Shown one piece after another: positions 60,144 through 64,000 of a DNA stretch of 64,000 nt. Made by a program: the position numbers and the translations under genes. Position 1 is the first letter of the stretch. The number at the start of each line of letters is the position of its first letter. Where the stretch lies: the NCBI GenBank assembly GCA_963698375.1, contig CAVOQN010000002.1, positions 582,947-646,946 of the forward strand, given 5' to 3'. The stretch comes from an uncultured Pseudomonadota bacterium (GTDB lineage Bacteria > Pseudomonadota > Gammaproteobacteria > Acidiferrobacterales > UBA6901). The notes below the pieces were generated by a model. The model was given only the letters and a program-made list of their open reading frames with translations. It did not search any database and had not been told where the DNA came from.

Positions 60144-60775
60144 GCCGGCCTCGCCAGCCACGCGTCGATCTCCGGGTCGCAGTTCCTCGAACGCACGATA
60201 ACCACTGGTCAGTAACGTGGGTGCCGGAGGCGTCTTGCAGCAGCACGGTGGGAAATCCGCGTACACCCGCCAACCGAGACTGCTGGAAATGCAGACGGGT
60301 TTTTTCCTTCACGTCTTCGGAATGAAACTGCTCGAGGAAATGCGGCGCAGCGATGTGATGCGGTCTCCGCCAAAGTAGTCAGCGTTTGGGCCTGGGTGAC
60401 ATCCTGACTTTGGGTGTAGAACGCGGCTTGCACTGATTTGAAATAGGGAAAGGTCGCTTCCGGGTTGATCTCGGCCACGGCAATGACGGCGCGGCTCGGC
60501 GGCTCGGTGTCGTACACGAAGCCGGCCGGCATCGCATTTTCAAAGACAAAGGCCTGACCGGTGCGCCGCTGCACCTCATGCCAATGATGCAGAATCTCAT
60601 CGCGCAATGCGGTGGTCATGGGTTCGGTCGTGCCCGGGCGCAGCCCGCCCAGCATCAAGGCGACCTTGACCTGATCCGCATAGGTCTCCTTGATGGCGTC
60701 GATCACCGGCGAAAATCCCCAGCACCATGAGCACATGGGATCGGCGAAGTACCACAAGATGCGCGACGGTGTCAT
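60140..60775 (-). CDS. DsbA-family (thioredoxin-fold) protein, frameshifts in 3' half
   Basis: ADPMCSWCWGF, YDTEP; GVRGFPT in another frame (ORF 60064..60312). Confidence 0.8.
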
Positions 60776-60841
60776 GGGTCTGGCAAGCTTGATCGGAACA
60801 CTTGTCTGCAAGAGTAGTTCAAACCGGAACCCGGATCGCGG

Positions 60842-61189
60842 TCAGGTGGCGTTTAGCCAGGCGATCGCCAGGTCGCGGTTATCGAGAATACTGGTCTCGG
60901 CATCGCTGAAGGCCGCGCTCACCCAGGAAAGCCACGGGACCAATTGTGTATCGGAAACGATGGCGATGCGCTGAAAATCATGCGCGTGGGCACGCGTGAA
61001 CTTGATCTCCTCCCAGGCCACATCCAGCGTGTAGCCTGTCATCTGGGTGAGGTCGAGCAGCAACTTGATCTTGGGTGCGGTCTTGAGTTCCCGACCCACC
61101 GCCTCTTCAAAACTGCGATAGTCGGAGAGTGTCAACTCGCCATACACATGCACCTCAAGCAAATCCTTTTTTTCACTGACAACGATCAT
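60842..61189 (-). CDS. STAS/SEC14 (SpoIIAA-like) domain protein
   Basis: GELTLSDY, LLLDL, AWEEIKF, RIAIV, AIAWL; RBS GAGGAG. Confidence 0.8.
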   Translation of the reverse strand: MIVVSEKKDLLEVHVYGELTLSDYRSFEEAVGRELKTAPKIKLLLDLTQMTGYTLDVAWEEIKFTRAHAHDFQRIAIVSDTQLVPWLSWVSAAFSDAETSILDNRDLAIAWLNAT

Positions 61190-61258
61190 GACTTTCTCCT
61201 CGATGGACTGTAACAATCTACTGATACTAAACGTAAGCCTCCAAGGGACGACTTTGCC

Positions 61259-61272
61259 ATGATCTGCATCAA
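61259..61272. promoter_or_regulatory. FNR-type box
   Basis: ATGAT-CTGC-ATCAA with minus-strand TACGTT hexamer at 61235-61230 (class II spacing). Confidence 0.5.
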
Positions 61273-61420
61273 TGCGGGCATGTCACGGCCACTAGTCAAC
61301 AGCAATCCATGGTGCCACATCAAGCCTTTCGTGGCCTGGCTCGTGTCGATGTTTGGTATTAAGAGAGACAGCTGTATTTCATGAACGCCGTGTCATGCGC
61401 TCCACGAGAACAGCTCGCCA

Positions 61421-61642
61421 TTAGCTAAATTTCGAATGAAGGTACAGTGCTTCAATCTTTTTTCTGGCCCAAGGGGTTTGGCGCAGGAACTTGAGACTGG
61501 ATTTAATGCTGGGATCGCTGGTAAAACATTTTACTGGAATTCTTTTGCCGAGCTCGGCCCAGCCATAATGCTCTACCAGCCGGATCAATATTGCCTCCAG
61601 GGTGAGGCCGTGCAGCGGGTTTTTTGGCTGTGGGTCGATCAT
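61421..61642 (-). CDS. VF530/DUF2132-family small protein
   Basis: [32 protein letters not shown]. Confidence 0.88.
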   Translation of the reverse strand: MIDPQPKNPLHGLTLEAILIRLVEHYGWAELGKRIPVKCFTSDPSIKSSLKFLRQTPWARKKIEALYLHSKFS

Positions 61643-61690
61643 GCTTTGCGTTCGATGAACGATATGGAACCGCGATAACTGCTCCAGGAT

Positions 61691-61729
61691 GCGGCAATCG
61701 GGCGCCTTTCGGTGGCGCCCGATTGCCGC
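61691..61729 (-). terminator. 16-bp hairpin after small basic ORF
   Basis: GCGGCAATCGGGCGCC-tttcggt-GGCGCCCGATTGCCGC; no U-tract. Confidence 0.5.
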
Positions 61730-61733
61730 CGGG

Positions 61734-61847
61734 TTAGCGCAACCCGCCCTTGCCTTCTTTCTTGGCCTTCTTGGCGGCACGTTTTTCCTTCATGGTCTTG
61801 GCCGGCTCTTTCTTGGTTTGCTTCTTACTGTCCATGCCTTTGCTCAT
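61734..61847 (-). CDS. 37-aa Lys-rich small basic protein (below ORF-track cutoff)
   Basis: [47 protein letters not shown], hairpin right after stop. Confidence 0.75.
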   Translation of the reverse strand: MSKGMDSKKQTKKEPAKTMKEKRAAKKAKKEGKGGLR

Positions 61848-61978
61848 GGCTTGCTCCTTATGAGGTTGCGTCAGGTCGTTCCTGACAAATTATGATCGCA
61901 AAATCCCAACGCGGGCTCCTGAACAATACACCGGTTGTGGCGAAACAACACGCTGCCGGCATTCCGTCACCTCGAATC

Positions 61979-62284
61979 TTACGGCTCCAGCTTGAGTCTC
62001 ACCACCTGCCGTCCCAGCATCGCAATCTCGCCACGCAAACGGTAATTATGATTGCGTGTGAATTCGAAACGATATTCTCGATACAATACAACACGACCGC
62101 GTGGCGTGCGCCGCAGACGCAGCCGGGAGAGCGCAACCGTGTCGTCGAGAAATTGTGCCTCGACTTCCTGGCAGGCGCGCAGCCCGGCGGCGCGGGCAAT
62201 CTCCTTGCAGCGCAATGAGTCCGCCCAATACCAGCCCAATGTAGCGAAGCCAAGCAGGCTTAAAAAATCACCAATGGAAAACAT
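61979..62284 (-). CDS. DUF3301-family protein
   Basis: N-terminal TM, ACQEVEAQFLDDTVAL, YRFEF, RGEI. Confidence 0.8.
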   Translation of the reverse strand: MFSIGDFLSLLGFATLGWYWADSLRCKEIARAAGLRACQEVEAQFLDDTVALSRLRLRRTPRGRVVLYREYRFEFTRNHNYRLRGEIAMLGRQVVRLKLEP

Positions 62285-62453
62285 GCTATCCGCCAACCAT
62301 AGTGCTGTAATAAATCCGGGGCATCGGCCGTACCGGCCCCTGTCGCACCATTATGAACCAGACTGGTCAACCGGCGTAATCGCAAAATCTGACGGCCAAC
62401 ACCTTCGCTCCTGTGTGCTTGGCCGCGCCACTGTACAGCGGCATAATTTGTTT

Positions 62454-63440
62454 ATGGTATTCGAAACCTATGCGCAGCGCCTGTTAAATCCCTTCCGGGG
62501 CGCCATGCACACCTTGCGATACGATACCGCAGAGGCCGTCACCGTCGACGGCCTGTACTGGGATATCTATGTCACCAATAACGAATGGGTCCCAGCCACC
62601 GGACGCGAACGTCGCGGGCAGATCAGCGAGATCCGATACGGCAAGTGGTCACCCTCGACGGGTCTCAGGCGTGGACGCTTGTATCCCTCCGATGATTTCC
62701 GCCGCATGGAAGCCCTGGGGGCGATTCTCTACGAACAGTTGACGCGCACGCACCAGCAATTGCCTTTCGCCTTCAAGGACCGGTTCGAGTTCTGGCTACT
62801 GGATAACCAGGCGCAGCCACTGGCCCTGCTGGAAAGCGACATTGACGAAAATGCGCTCAAGCTAGACGTGGCCCTCGATTGGCGCGCCGGCATCGCGGCA
62901 CGCGAGCACTTCCAGAGCGCCAGCATGACTGAATTGCATCCAGATGCGGCACCGACACAGAATGCCGCTGATTTTCTTACCAACTACATCAATGCCCGTG
63001 CCGGCAAACCTGCGATGGCGCAATGGTTCCGGCGTGAGGACAATGGACTCGGGACGGGTCTCTGCGGCATCCACCTGCATTCTGAACTTGAAGGCAGAAC
63101 ATTATCTTCCGCGGCGTTCCCGCCGCTGTTTCTGGCCACCACTGGCCACGACGCGGCGCACCAAACACTGATTGAGGATTTTTTGGCTTGGCAGGCGCCA
63201 TGGCACTTGCTGCTGCCGTGCGATACCGGTACCCGCCGCAGGCTGGAGCAACAGGCGCGCCAGCAGGCATTGGTGGTCGACCAACAGCACCGGCTCTACC
63301 CGGCGTGTGTGGACGAGAAATTCATCCCCGCCGCACGCGTTGAGGCTGTGTTACGCCGCAACCAGCAGCTGCCTGAAGAAACCCCGGTCGAGACACTGGC
63401 GCCGTTTTATATCGAGCTCGAACAAGACGACGAAAAGTAA
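62454..63440 (+). CDS. Hypothetical protein (about 328 aa)
   Basis: Long open frame from MVFETY; RLLNPFRG, DRFEFWLLD, WQAPWHLLL, ARVEAVLR. Confidence 0.7.
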   Translation: MVFETYAQRLLNPFRGAMHTLRYDTAEAVTVDGLYWDIYVTNNEWVPATGRERRGQISEIRYGKWSPSTGLRRGRLYPSDDFRRMEALGAILYEQLTRTHQQLPFAFKDRFEFWLLDNQAQPLALLESDIDENALKLDVALDWRAGIAAREHFQSASMTELHPDAAPTQNAADFLTNYINARAGKPAMAQWFRREDNGLGTGLCGIHLHSELEGRTLSSAAFPPLFLATTGHDAAHQTLIEDFLAWQAPWHLLLPCDTGTRRRLEQQARQQALVVDQQHRLYPACVDEKFIPAARVEAVLRRNQQLPEETPVETLAPFYIELEQDDEK

Positions 63441-63452
63441 CGACAGACCTCG

Positions 63453-64000
63453 CTACCAGCCAATTTCAGCTGCCGTCGCATAGCCTACGACTGCTTCATC
63501 CAGACCTCTGGGCATTTCAGCACGACTCGAACTCAACGCAATGCGGCCGCCCATGACCTCGGCCTTGTATTGCGGGTAGGGTGGCATGCTGTTGGGATCG
63601 GCAACACCGGTCGGGAACCGTGGCTGGCCATTCGTATCATATTTATCCGTGGCGCCTAGCGTATGCAGCAATTCGTGCGCTATCACAAAATTGTTTTGGT
63701 CGCGCTGGGCGTCGCTGGCAAACACATGCACGACGCCCAGCAAGCCTTTCTGCAAACCGTGTGAATGCGGCAATGCCTGATTTACTTGAGGCGGGTGATA
63801 AAGCACAAACAACCGAACCGTGCCGAGACTGGACCAAAACGGCGTCTGGCGGAAGGCATACCAGCGAAGGCGCAGGGTCCACTGAATGGCTTGCAGTGCA
63901 GTTTGCACCTCGTCAAGCGGCGGAATAGTACGAATCGGCTGTTTAAGCATAACTTGCACTGCCGGCATGGCCTTGCGCCGCCAGCGTGGCGCCTCGCGCG
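63453..64000 (-). CDS. Hypothetical protein with HEXXH motif, 5' end outside window
   Basis: IAHELLHTLGATDKY, AEVMGGR, TAAEIGW*. Confidence 0.7.
   Translation of the reverse strand, partial: REAPRWRRKAMPAVQVMLKQPIRTIPPLDEVQTALQAIQWTLRLRWYAFRQTPFWSSLGTVRLFVLYHPPQVNQALPHSHGLQKGLLGVVHVFASDAQRDQNNFVIAHELLHTLGATDKYDTNGQPRFPTGVADPNSMPPYPQYKAEVMGGRIALSSSRAEMPRGLDEAVVGYATAAEIGW

Overview
Chromosomal core region of a GC-rich gammaproteobacterium. Gene content (DsrC/TusE-family, DUF302, DUF2892, Zn-type adk) suggests a sulfur oxidiser, possibly Acidiferrobacterales-like; this is inference. It holds a LolA-like/ABC export operon, proS, parE-parC, a rubrerythrin oxidative-stress cluster, pilBCD-coaE, argJ-secA, the dcw cluster (mraZ to lpxC), RNase P RNA, adk, rhlE, ybiT, a cold-shock gene and many small hypotheticals. 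About 20 genes, many essential, are split by small indels, most densely at 35.7-50.5 kb. This is most likely long-read consensus error and also explains the apparent FtsA-FtsZ and FtsW-MurG fusions. No CRISPR array, IS, prophage, tRNA or rRNA was seen. Best candidates for new biology: (1) a three-gene operon between secA and the M23 peptidase encoding an exported alpha/beta hydrolase, a polytopic spermidine-synthase-like membrane protein and a signal-peptide-bearing PIMT-like methyltransferase with an altered substrate motif; (2) an encapsulated-ferritin homolog with no targeting peptide inside the rubrerythrin-RFO-DUF3501 operon, under a perfect ICE/Per-like operator; (3) FNR-type boxes in front of small uncharacterised genes, including a DsrC-like protein lacking CysA.
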